This document shows, one piece after another, positions 1 to 8,734 of a stretch of 64,000 bases of DNA (the first letter of the stretch is position 1; each line of letters starts with the position of its first letter). The translations under genes were made by a program, and so were the position numbers. The stretch spans positions 4,000,001-4,064,000 of the forward strand of contig OY761159.2 of the NCBI GenBank assembly GCA_963664395.2. The letters run 5' to 3'. This DNA is from Candidatus Binatia bacterium. GTDB lineage: Bacteria; Desulfobacterota; Binatia; Bin18. The notes below the pieces were generated by a model. The model saw only the letters and a program-made list of their open reading frames with translations, was not told the DNA's origin and did no database searches.

Positions 1-2
1 TG

Positions 3-806
3 GAGCCCTCGCCCAAATGCGATCTGATGACCAAGCTGCGCCTGTACAACGGCGAAGAAGTGGTTGAAAAAGGTCGTACCAAAAAGATTACCGTGAAAGA
101 ACTGCGCGAGGATGCCAGGCGCGAAGGCATGTCCGGCATCTCCACCCGCTTTGTCATGAAAGCGCTCGACAATGCCCTGTCGGACGGGGGGTCGTCGATT
201 AATCCGATCAGTGTGCGTGAAGCCCTGATTCGGATGGTCAAGGAAACGGAAATTGCCGACGATACGCGCAAGCAGTATCTGGAGTTTCTCCAAGACACCA
301 TCCATAAGGAATACCTCGAAATTCTGGAGAAAGAGATCACCAAAGCCTTTGTCTATTCCTATCAGGAACAGGCCGAATCCCTCTTTCAGAACTACCTGGA
401 CCATGCCGAAGCGTATGTGAATCAGACGCAGGTCAAAGATCGCAATACCAAGGAAGAGCTCTTGCCGGACGAGGGTTTTCTCAAATCCATTGAGGAGCAG
501 ATTGCGATTATCGGCTCGGCAGCCGACGGCTTCCGCCAGGAGGTGATTGCCTATCTGTGGGCGTCATTACGGCGGAGTGAGAAGGTTTGTTATGAGAGCT
601 ATGAGCCGCTGAAGGACGCGATTGAGAAAAAGCTGATGAGTTCCGTGCGCGATATCAGCCGCATTATTACCAAGGCGCGCACCCGAGACGAGGAACAGCA
701 GCAAAAGCATACGGCCATGGTGCAGCGCTTGATCGAACTCGGGTATCCGGAGGACAGTGTTGACGTGATCCTAAAATACGCAGCCAATCATTTGTGGAAA
801 GATTGA
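3..806 (+). CDS. prkA: PrkA/YeaG family AAA+ serine protein kinase, C-terminal part (truncated by window start)
   Basis: KLRLYNGE...REGMSGISTRFVMKAL and LFQNYLDHAEAY motifs; frame open to the window edge; precedes yeaH and spoVR in the conserved triad. Confidence 0.9.
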   Translation, partial: EPSPKCDLMTKLRLYNGEEVVEKGRTKKITVKELREDARREGMSGISTRFVMKALDNALSDGGSSINPISVREALIRMVKETEIADDTRKQYLEFLQDTIHKEYLEILEKEITKAFVYSYQEQAESLFQNYLDHAEAYVNQTQVKDRNTKEELLPDEGFLKSIEEQIAIIGSAADGFRQEVIAYLWASLRRSEKVCYESYEPLKDAIEKKLMSSVRDISRIITKARTRDEEQQQKHTAMVQRLIELGYPEDSVDVILKYAANHLWKD

Positions 807-855
807 TCTGCAATTTGCGACTCCTCCATGGTTCGGTCTGCGGAGGTGAGTTGAG

Positions 856-2091
856 GTGGTGCAGGATATGAAACCGACAATCAATGCGATCTTTCGTCCG
901 TACTCTTCATCTGATGCGCTGCGCTCCGACCGCAGCGCTGGCGACCGGCAACGGCACCGGCAGAAAGTCAGAGAAGCGGTGCGTGAGAACATCGCCGACC
1001 TGATTGCCGAAGAGTCCATCATCGGCAAGAACAAAGACAAGATCATCAAAGTCCCCATCCGAGGGGTCAAGGAATACCGCTTTATCTACGGCGAAAACGC
1101 CTCCGGCGTCGGGCAGGGAGACGGCAACTCGGAAAAGGGCCAGGTCATTGGCAAGACCGATGGAACCGGCCACGGGCAGGGCGAGGATAAAGCCGGCGAC
1201 CAGCCCGGTGTCGACTATTATGAGACCGATGTGACCCTGGAGGAACTGGTCGAGATCATGTTCGAGGACCTCGAACTGCCGGATATGGAACGCAAAATTT
1301 TGCGCGAGGTCATGTCCGACCGCATCAGCAAGCGCAAGGGCTTTCGAAAAGCGGGCATCCGGATTCGGCTGGATAAAAAACGGACGGCCAAATCACGCAT
1401 TAAACGCCGCCTCGCCGCCACCAAACGAGACGGCGACCCAGCGGATGAGGAGCAACGCTTCCCCTTTCGCAAAGAGGATCTCATCTATCGCCATCTGGTC
1501 GAAGATGTCCGCCCGGAGTCCAACGCCGCGGTGCTGTGCATCATGGACACCTCGGGCTCTATGGACACCCTGAAAAAGTATCTGGCGCGTAGCTTCTTCT
1601 TTTTGTTGTATCAATTTGTCAGCACCAAATACCGCAATGTCGAGATTGTCTTTATTGCGCATCATACCGAGGGGAAAGAAGTCACCGAGGAAGAATTTTT
1701 CTATAAGGGCGAGTCTGGCGGGACGTTCATCTCTTCCGGCTACACTAAAGCGCTCGAAGTGATCCAGGCCCGCTATCACCCGTCATTGTGGAATCTGTAC
1801 GCCTTTCACTGTTCGGATGGCGATAATTTTGACTCTGATAACCCTGCGGCGCTCAAGGCCGCCCAGGAACTGTGCGAGCTGTGTAACTTATTTGGCTATG
1901 GGGAGATCAAGCCGCTCGGATCGCGCTATTACGAAAGCTCTATGCTCAATATTTTCCGTCGCCTGGAAGCCGAGAACTTTCAGACCGTGCTGATCGAACG
2001 CAAAGAAGATATCTGGCCGAGCTTCAAAACGTTTATGTCCAAAGAACGCACGCCGATCGCTACGGAAACACCCGCGGCGGCCGAACAATAG
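856..2091 (+). CDS. yeaH: YeaH/YhbH (DUF444) vWA-domain protein
   Basis: DRQRHRQKVREA N-terminus, CIMDTSGSM MIDAS motif, ESGGT, FHCSDGDN; true start may be ATG 868. Confidence 0.92.
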   Translation: MVQDMKPTINAIFRPYSSSDALRSDRSAGDRQRHRQKVREAVRENIADLIAEESIIGKNKDKIIKVPIRGVKEYRFIYGENASGVGQGDGNSEKGQVIGKTDGTGHGQGEDKAGDQPGVDYYETDVTLEELVEIMFEDLELPDMERKILREVMSDRISKRKGFRKAGIRIRLDKKRTAKSRIKRRLAATKRDGDPADEEQRFPFRKEDLIYRHLVEDVRPESNAAVLCIMDTSGSMDTLKKYLARSFFFLLYQFVSTKYRNVEIVFIAHHTEGKEVTEEEFFYKGESGGTFISSGYTKALEVIQARYHPSLWNLYAFHCSDGDNFDSDNPAALKAAQELCELCNLFGYGEIKPLGSRYYESSMLNIFRRLEAENFQTVLIERKEDIWPSFKTFMSKERTPIATETPAAAEQ

Positions 2092-2121
2092 AGGCGTCGC
2101 GGCAACAGCCGAGGAGCAGCT

Positions 2122-3552
2122 ATGGCTGAGTGGGATGTGAAAGACCTGGAAGGCTGGGACGAAAAAATTCGGGTCAAAGTCCAGGAGTTCGGCCTCTCCT
2201 GTTTTGATCAAGAGTTTGAGGTCTGTGACCACAACCAGATGCTGGGCTATATGGCCTATTCGGGCATGCCGTCGCATTACCCGCACTGGTCCTATGGCAA
2301 GAGCTTTGAGAAGCTCAAAACCATGTACGACTACGGGGTGTCCGGCTTGCCGTATGAGATGGTCATCAACTCTGACCCGTCGATCGCCTACCTGATGACC
2401 GACAACTCGTTTTGTCTCCAGGTCCTGACGATTGCGCATGTCTACGGCCATAACGATTTTTTCAAAAACAATTTCACCTTCAAAAGTACCCAGGCCGAGT
2501 ACACCATCAGTCGTTTTAAGGTCCAGGCCGACCGGGTCCGCTCCTATCTTGAAGATCCTTCCATTGGCGTTGAAAAGGTCGAACGGATTTTGGATGCCGC
2601 CCATGGCCTGTCGTTACAGTGCCGGCGGAATCTTGCCATTAAAAAGCTCACGCTCCGAGAGCAGCGGGAGCGGATGCTAGAGGCTGCTCAGCCCGCGGCT
2701 GATCCGTTTGCAGACCTGCACCAGCAGGAAGATATTGAAGTCCCGGACCTCAACAAAATCCCGGCTTCTCCGGAAGAAGACCTCTTGCTGTTTATTCGTG
2801 ACTATAACCGTACCCTGAGCGATTGGGAGCGTGACCTGCTGACCATTGTGCACGAGACCTCACAGTACTTTATCCCTCAGATGGAGACGAAGATCATGAA
2901 CGAGGGCTGGGCCAGCTACTGGCACCGCGAAATCGTGAATAGTCTCGATCTCCCCCAAGAGCTGTATCTTGAATTTCTCGTCCGGCATAACCAGGTTGTT
3001 CGCCCCTTCCCCAAGGGCCTGAACCCGTACTACCTGGGTCTCAAAGTATGGGATGATATTAAACGCCGCCACGACGATCCAACCCCGGAGGAGATCGAGA
3101 AATACGGCCAGCCAACCAAAACCGGAACCCAAGCGCTTTTCGAAGCCCGTGAGGTGGACCGCGATGCCTCTTTCCTGCGCCGCTTTCTGACCGAAGAACT
3201 CATGCGCGAAATGGACATGTTCGAATATGAGCCACGCGGCGAGGATCTCGTGATCTCCAAGGTTTCAGATAAAGAAGACTGGCGCGGCATCAAGGAAACC
3301 CTGATCAAGAACGTTGGTATGGGTGGTGTGCCGGTCATGAAGATTGAAGATGCTGATTACAACCAAAACCGCGGCCTGTATGTCAAACATTACCACGAGG
3401 GACGAGATCTTCAGCTCGAATATGCGGAGAAATCTCTCTCTTACCTGCATCGTCTGTGGGGCCATGAGGTCATGTTGGAGACGGTTGTGAATAACAAACG
3501 GGCGTTACTGTCGTATAGCGCCGAAGGCTTTTCTGCCAAACCGCTCAAGTAG
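2122..3552 (+). CDS. spoVR: SpoVR/YcgB family protein
   Basis: GMPSHYPHWSYGK, AHVYGHNDFFKNN and ETKIMNEGWASYWH motifs; GAGGAG RBS. Confidence 0.93.
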   Translation: MAEWDVKDLEGWDEKIRVKVQEFGLSCFDQEFEVCDHNQMLGYMAYSGMPSHYPHWSYGKSFEKLKTMYDYGVSGLPYEMVINSDPSIAYLMTDNSFCLQVLTIAHVYGHNDFFKNNFTFKSTQAEYTISRFKVQADRVRSYLEDPSIGVEKVERILDAAHGLSLQCRRNLAIKKLTLREQRERMLEAAQPAADPFADLHQQEDIEVPDLNKIPASPEEDLLLFIRDYNRTLSDWERDLLTIVHETSQYFIPQMETKIMNEGWASYWHREIVNSLDLPQELYLEFLVRHNQVVRPFPKGLNPYYLGLKVWDDIKRRHDDPTPEEIEKYGQPTKTGTQALFEAREVDRDASFLRRFLTEELMREMDMFEYEPRGEDLVISKVSDKEDWRGIKETLIKNVGMGGVPVMKIEDADYNQNRGLYVKHYHEGRDLQLEYAEKSLSYLHRLWGHEVMLETVVNNKRALLSYSAEGFSAKPLK

Positions 3553-3613
3553 AGCCCGGTAGGTGTCCTGCTAAGCTTTTGGAAAGAGCACGCAGCCGGG
3601 GCGGCAAGACGCC

Positions 3614-4111
3614 CTAGCCGGGCGTCCCGGTGTGGGCAGCCTCCAGGAGTACAACGGCCTCAGCCATCATGCCTTCTTCTCGGCCCACAAAGCCCAGTGT
3701 TTCGCCCGTGGTAGCCTTGATGTTCATAGCGGATGGCTCGACTTCAAGTACTTCCGCCATGTTTTGACGCATGGCTTCTGTGTAGGCGGCGAGCTTTGGT
3801 TTTTGCGCTAAAATCGTCAGATCCGCATTGCCCACGCGATAGCCACCCGCTTTCACCTTTTCCATGACAACGCGCAGCAGCTCAACGCTCGACGCGCCGT
3901 GATAGTGCGGGTCTGAGTCCGGGAAATGCTGTCCGATGTCCCCTGCGCCCAACGCACCTAAGAGTGCGTTGCTCAGGGCATGACAGACGATATCTGCATC
4001 GGAGTGGCCAAGGAGTCCTTTCTCCCACGGAACCTCAACGCCGCCCAGAATCAGCTTGCGTCCCGGTACGAGCCGGTGAATGTCTACGCCCTGACCAATA
4101 CGAAAAGACAT
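3614..4111 (-). CDS. ispF: 2-C-methyl-D-erythritol 2,4-cyclodiphosphate synthase
   Basis: RIGQGVDIH, GHSDAD, GDIGQHFPD, KATTGETLGFVGR. Confidence 0.96.
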   Translation of the reverse strand: MSFRIGQGVDIHRLVPGRKLILGGVEVPWEKGLLGHSDADIVCHALSNALLGALGAGDIGQHFPDSDPHYHGASSVELLRVVMEKVKAGGYRVGNADLTILAQKPKLAAYTEAMRQNMAEVLEVEPSAMNIKATTGETLGFVGREEGMMAEAVVLLEAAHTGTPG

Positions 4112-4124
4112 GTCGGACCTGAGC

Positions 4125-6089
4125 CTACAGGTTGTTCGCCATCAGTTCCACCAAGTGTTTATTGAAACTCACCGGGTCGGTAATCTCTGAGCCTTCAGCC
4201 AGGAGCCCATAGCCCAACAGCAACTCCGCGTAGGTCTTCAGGGTCGGGTCGTCTTTATCGTGTTGAAAACGTCCCTGGAGTTTCTCCAGGAGTGGATGGG
4301 TCGGATTCAGCTCCATGATGCGCTTTTGCGTGGGGATATCCTGTTGAGCCTGGCGTAACAGGCGCTCCATTTGTGGACTGTGGTCACTATCCTCACTCAC
4401 CAGACATACTGGAGATGCCGTCAGCCGATTGGACAAGCGGACTTCTTTAATATGTTCGTCAAGCATTTTTTGGAGCGTTTGGAGTAAATCCGTATAGCTC
4501 TCGGACTTCTGCTTGAGCGCTTGCTCTGTCGCCTCTCGTTCGCTCTCGCTGCCGATGTGGACCGTGCCTTTGCCTATGGACTTGAGCTTTTTCCCCTCGA
4601 ACTCGGTGAGGGACTGAACGACGATCTCATCCACCGGATCAATCAAATACAAAACTTCATGGCCTTTGTCCTGAAAGGCTTCCAGATGCGGAGAGTTTTC
4701 AACTGCGTTGCGTGACTCTCCAGTCAAATAGAAAATCTCCGGCTGAACGAGGGGCATGCGGTCAAGGTATTCTTTGAGACTGACGAGCTTTTCAGGATCT
4801 TTGGAGGAGGGGAAGAGCAGGAGCGGCACGATCCTGGCTTTGTTCTCAAAGTCCGTGCCGAGTCCCTCCTTGAGTATCCGACCAAATTGTTTCCAAAACT
4901 TGAGGTAGGTCTCTGCATCATTCTGAGCGAGATTGCTCAGCGCCTCCAGCACTTTTTTTGTCAGCCAATTGCGGATTTGCGTAATATGCCGATCCTGCTG
5001 GAGTCGTTGGCGCGAAACGTTCAGCGGCAGGTCAGCGGAATCAACCACCCCTTTCAGAAAACGGAGATAGCGCGGAATGAGATCTTCGCACTGCTCCATG
5101 ATCATGACCCGTTGGGCGTAGAGTTGCAGCCCAAACGGCGAGGCGTGAAACGAGAGATCAAACGGAGCTTGTGAAGGCAAAAAGACCAGGGCCTGAAATT
5201 CAAAGCGTCCCTCAGCCCGAAAATTAAGCGTCTTGAGCGGCTCATTCCAGTCATGCGAAATATGTTTGTAGAACTCGGTATATTCTTCTTCAGAGACAGC
5301 GGACGGTGTCCGCGTCCAAATGGGTTTCATAGAGTTGAGGGTCTTATCCTCAACTACACGGGTCGGCTCTGCGTCTGGTTTGGGTTGGCCTTCGTCATCG
5401 CGTTCGATTTCTTCGCGTTCTTGCTCGTGCTTAATCGGATAGGTGACAAAATCCGAGTAGCGCTTCACAATATTGCTCAGCACCCACGGCTCGGTGAAAT
5501 CTTCAATCCCGTTTTCTTGATCGACCGGTTTCAGATGGAGGGTAATCGAGGTGCCCTGTTGAGGACGCTGCGTCTCACGCAGAGAGTACTCACCATCTCC
5601 TGTAGATTCCCACTCTGTGGCGATGTCTTCGCCCGCGCGGCGGGTCACCAAGGTCACTTTATCCGTCACCATAAAAGCCGAGTAAAAACCAACCCCAAAA
5701 CGGCCGATCAGCTCAGATAGTGCTTCGGGTGATTGGCCATCCTTTTGGACCTGCTCAAGGAGCGTCTTTGTCCCTGATTTGGCAATTGTCCCGATATTGG
5801 TCACAACTTCATCGCGGCTCATGCCAATGCCATTGTCGGAGATTGTGAGGGTGCGGTTCTGTTTGTCAGCTTCGAGACGAATCTCAAGCGCGTCTGTAGC
5901 TGATAATAGTTCTGGCTTGGTGAGCGACTCGAAACGAAGTTTGTCCAAAGCATCTGACGCATTTGAGATCAGCTCGCGCAGGAAAATATCCTTATTGGTA
6001 TACAGGGAGTGGACAACGAGATGCAGAAGCTGTTTGGTTTCTGCTTGAAAGGTAAAAGTCTCAGCAGCTTGATTCGATTGCTCAGCCAT
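4125..6089 (-). CDS. htpG: Molecular chaperone HtpG (Hsp90)
   Basis: FQAETKQLL, FLRELISNASDA, IGRFGVGFYS, DLPLNVSR; start moved to ATG 6089 (MAEQ) with GGAG RBS, ORF-track extension judged spurious. Confidence 0.96.
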   Translation of the reverse strand: MAEQSNQAAETFTFQAETKQLLHLVVHSLYTNKDIFLRELISNASDALDKLRFESLTKPELLSATDALEIRLEADKQNRTLTISDNGIGMSRDEVVTNIGTIAKSGTKTLLEQVQKDGQSPEALSELIGRFGVGFYSAFMVTDKVTLVTRRAGEDIATEWESTGDGEYSLRETQRPQQGTSITLHLKPVDQENGIEDFTEPWVLSNIVKRYSDFVTYPIKHEQEREEIERDDEGQPKPDAEPTRVVEDKTLNSMKPIWTRTPSAVSEEEYTEFYKHISHDWNEPLKTLNFRAEGRFEFQALVFLPSQAPFDLSFHASPFGLQLYAQRVMIMEQCEDLIPRYLRFLKGVVDSADLPLNVSRQRLQQDRHITQIRNWLTKKVLEALSNLAQNDAETYLKFWKQFGRILKEGLGTDFENKARIVPLLLFPSSKDPEKLVSLKEYLDRMPLVQPEIFYLTGESRNAVENSPHLEAFQDKGHEVLYLIDPVDEIVVQSLTEFEGKKLKSIGKGTVHIGSESEREATEQALKQKSESYTDLLQTLQKMLDEHIKEVRLSNRLTASPVCLVSEDSDHSPQMERLLRQAQQDIPTQKRIMELNPTHPLLEKLQGRFQHDKDDPTLKTYAELLLGYGLLAEGSEITDPVSFNKHLVELMANNL

Positions 6090-6214
6090 TGTTTTCTCCT
6101 CTTCCGGTGAAAGGTACGCAAGACTCCGCCGTCTGACGCAAGCTTCGTCTCCTGTGTTCAATAACCATTCTTTTTCGGAACGCAAATGTATTTGCCCAGG
6201 TAAGGGGCTCAAAG

Positions 6215-6436
6215 TCAGGGCAGGCTCGGCGGCGGGCAGATCGCCGCCGAAACCAAAGTCGTCTTCCCGATACCTGATTCGCCGCCAACAAAAACAATCT
6301 GGTGTTGACCGGACCGGGCGACTGCAAACCACGTTTGTAATTGGTCCAGTTCTTTTTCTCTTCCCACGCTAGTGGCGGATTGGGGGGCGGTTCTGTACTG
6401 GGGACTACAAGGTGTGTGGTTCGTGATTTGCCCCAC
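6215..6436 (-). pseudogene. Relic of an AAA_16/STAND-type ATPase (N-terminal P-loop fragment only)
   Basis: VGREKELDQLQTWF...IVFVGGESGIGKTTLV Walker A segment, stop about 11 codons later; the upstream linker lies in another frame. Confidence 0.75.
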
Positions 6437-6468
6437 GGGCTGACCAATCTATGCGCTTCTGCTCGCTG

Positions 6469-6498
6469 TTGACAACACTTCAGAAGAAGCGTTAGTAG
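6469..6498 (+). promoter_or_regulatory. Candidate sigma70 promoter for the aroF leader
   Basis: Perfect TTGACA at 6469-6474; only a weak -10 (TAGTAG at 18 bp spacing). Confidence 0.35.
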
Positions 6499-6508
6499 CA
6501 AAAATATT

Positions 6509-6571
6509 ATGGCGGCTCGAAGTTTTTACTCTCCCCTCTGTCCGTCTTTCGCCTTTTCTTTTGCCCCCTAG
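6509..6571 (+). CDS. Putative Phe/Tyr-rich attenuator leader peptide MAARSFYSPLCPSFAFSFAP
   Basis: Translated by hand: 20 codons with 4 Phe and 1 Tyr, ending FAFSFAP-stop; 89 bp upstream of DAHP synthase; stop codon lies in a GCCCCC-TA-GGGGGC palindrome. Confidence 0.6.
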   Translation: MAARSFYSPLCPSFAFSFAP

Positions 6572-6660
6572 GGGGCGTATACTTTTCTTTCATCATTACG
6601 TTTCTCTATTTCTGTCTTTCTTATTCTCGTGCTGGAGAAAGAAACCGCTGAGGTACAACT

Positions 6661-7797
6661 ATGCTGATTAAAATGACTAAGCGGGCAACACAAGAAGAAG
6701 TTGTCGCTGTCGAAAACAGGCTTCACGGCTGGGGCTATAAAACCGGCAAAATGGTTGGAGAAGAGATTACGCTGATTGGGGTGTATGGAGATATTACTCG
6801 TTTGCCGACGGGTGAAGTCCAGGAAATGGGTGGGGTGGAAAGCCTGATCCCTATCTCGCGGGCGTATAAACGAGCGGCGCAAAAAGGCTCGCCCGGCAAT
6901 CTCATGCATCAGCGCGTCCGGATCGGTGGGGTCGAGGTTGGGGGTGACGACATTACGGTCATTGCCGGCCCGTGTTCGGTTGAGAGCGAAGCCCAGATTA
7001 TGGAAGCCGCTCGGATTGTCAAAGAAGCTGGGGGGAAAGCGCTGCGTGGAGGAGTGGTCAAATATCGCTCCAGCCCGTATAGCGGCTGGGAGGGTATCGG
7101 GTCGAGCTCCGACGACGCCCTGCGCAACGGACTCAATTTGATTGTCAAAGCCGGACGGGCATTCGAGTTGCCGACTGTTGTTGAAATCCTCGATCCAGGC
7201 GACGTGTCTCTGTATGAAGACGTGGGAGTGGATTGCTTCCAGATTGGTGAACCCAATGCCAAAAATCAGGCATTGCTGAACCGCTTACGCGATACGCCGC
7301 TGCCCATCATCCATAAACGCGGCAACTCACTGGACATAGAAGCGTATTTACTGTGGGTAGAGCGCGTGATGGCCTTGGGCAAGGAAAATGTCATCCTGTG
7401 TGAGCGTGGGATCATGAGCGCCAACAAGTATACGCGCAATACCTTGGACCTCGGTGGGGTGGCAGCCTTCCACTATCAATTGTCCTGCCTGCCTATTGCG
7501 ATAGACGCTTCGCACGGAACAGGGTTGAGAGACCTGGTGCATCCCATGACGCTGGCCGGTGTCATGGCCGGAGCATCTGTTGTCCTTGTCGAATGCCATC
7601 CCAATCCGTTAATTGCCAAATCGGACGGCTTTCAGGGATTATTCCCGGAACAACTCAAACGTCTTGTCACTGCCTGTGAACAAGTCTGGGAGACGCGCAA
7701 ACGCCTCGCACCACTCTATGTGCCAAGTGCGCTCCTCGAACGAGACTACGAAGCGCGAGTCGCCGAGGATAAACAGCGCTTCTTTGGTGCACAGTAA
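6661..7797 (+). CDS. aroF: DAHP synthase, type I-beta with N-terminal regulatory ferredoxin-like domain
   Basis: IAGPCSVES, LRGGVVKYRSSPY, ILCERGI, TRNTLDL, DASHGTG, VECHPNP...SDG. Confidence 0.9.
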   Translation: MLIKMTKRATQEEVVAVENRLHGWGYKTGKMVGEEITLIGVYGDITRLPTGEVQEMGGVESLIPISRAYKRAAQKGSPGNLMHQRVRIGGVEVGGDDITVIAGPCSVESEAQIMEAARIVKEAGGKALRGGVVKYRSSPYSGWEGIGSSSDDALRNGLNLIVKAGRAFELPTVVEILDPGDVSLYEDVGVDCFQIGEPNAKNQALLNRLRDTPLPIIHKRGNSLDIEAYLLWVERVMALGKENVILCERGIMSANKYTRNTLDLGGVAAFHYQLSCLPIAIDASHGTGLRDLVHPMTLAGVMAGASVVLVECHPNPLIAKSDGFQGLFPEQLKRLVTACEQVWETRKRLAPLYVPSALLERDYEARVAEDKQRFFGAQ

Positions 7798-7800
7798 CGG

Positions 7801-8718
7801 ATGTCCATACACAAGCCGCCACGGCTCAAGTCGGGTGATCGGATTGGCGTTGTCTCGCCGGCTGCTGCTGTCCAAGCAGAGAAGCTGAAGCAGGGCTGTC
7901 TCGCGCTCCAGCAGTGCGGATTTTCAGTCCAGGTTGGCGCGCAAGCGCGCCAGCGCGACCGATTCCTCGCGGGTACGGACCGGGACCGGGCTGAGGAATT
8001 GACGGCCATGTTCACCGACCCGAGTGTCCAGGCTGTTTTTTGTAGCCGGGCAGGCTATGGCTCCAGTCGTCTCTTGCCTCTGCTCGATTTTGCGACATTC
8101 CCGCAGCGGCCGAAAATTTTTGTCGGCTATAGCGATGTAACGCTGCTGCTGAATGCGTTTGTCCAAAGGGCCGGCTTGGTCTGTTTTCATGGACCCCTTG
8201 TGGCTGGAGAGTTCGCTGCCGGCTTATCTGCCCGCTCCCACGAGCATCTGTTCAATCTCCTGACCCGCGGCACAGGAGAGGAATATCTGCCCTTCTCTAC
8301 GACCCTTCAAACCGGCGTCGCTGAGGGGCAATTATTGGGCGGATGTTTATCCGTCCTTGTGGCAACGCTGGGGACGCCATTTGCTTTTAATCCGCGAGGC
8401 GCTATTTTATTCCTTGAAGATACTGGCGAAAAGCCGTATCGTATTGATAGGATGTTAATCCAGCTCAAGCAGGCCGGTTTGCTTGAGCATCTCGCAGGGG
8501 TTGTTTTTGGGGATATGCAGGGATGTTGGGGGGCAGGTAATGATTCAACCTTGCTCTTGTCCGTTATTGCTGACGTGTTTGCGGAGTATGCCTATCCGGT
8601 TGGGTTCGGCCTGCCAGCCGGGCATGGAGGAGAGAACTTTGCCCTCCCGCTGGGCACCCGTGTCCGCCTGGATGCCGGGCAGCAACAGTTGGTATTCCTT
8701 GAGTCGGCAGTGACATAA
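7801..8718 (+). CDS. ldcA: LD-carboxypeptidase (peptidase S66)
   Basis: CSRAGYG, FVGYSD nucleophile motif, GGCLS, LFLED, PAGHG. Confidence 0.92.
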   Translation: MSIHKPPRLKSGDRIGVVSPAAAVQAEKLKQGCLALQQCGFSVQVGAQARQRDRFLAGTDRDRAEELTAMFTDPSVQAVFCSRAGYGSSRLLPLLDFATFPQRPKIFVGYSDVTLLLNAFVQRAGLVCFHGPLVAGEFAAGLSARSHEHLFNLLTRGTGEEYLPFSTTLQTGVAEGQLLGGCLSVLVATLGTPFAFNPRGAILFLEDTGEKPYRIDRMLIQLKQAGLLEHLAGVVFGDMQGCWGAGNDSTLLLSVIADVFAEYAYPVGFGLPAGHGGENFALPLGTRVRLDAGQQQLVFLESAVT

Positions 8719-8734
8719 ACGGAAGGAAGGGAAG

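Noticed and set aside
3-3552. prkA-yeaH-spoVR as a novel or sporulation system
   Set aside because: Widespread, already described triad also present in non-sporulating bacteria
6090-6332. 81-aa N-terminal extension of HtpG
   Set aside because: Overlaps the AAA relic; a good RBS and the family N-terminus begin at ATG 6089
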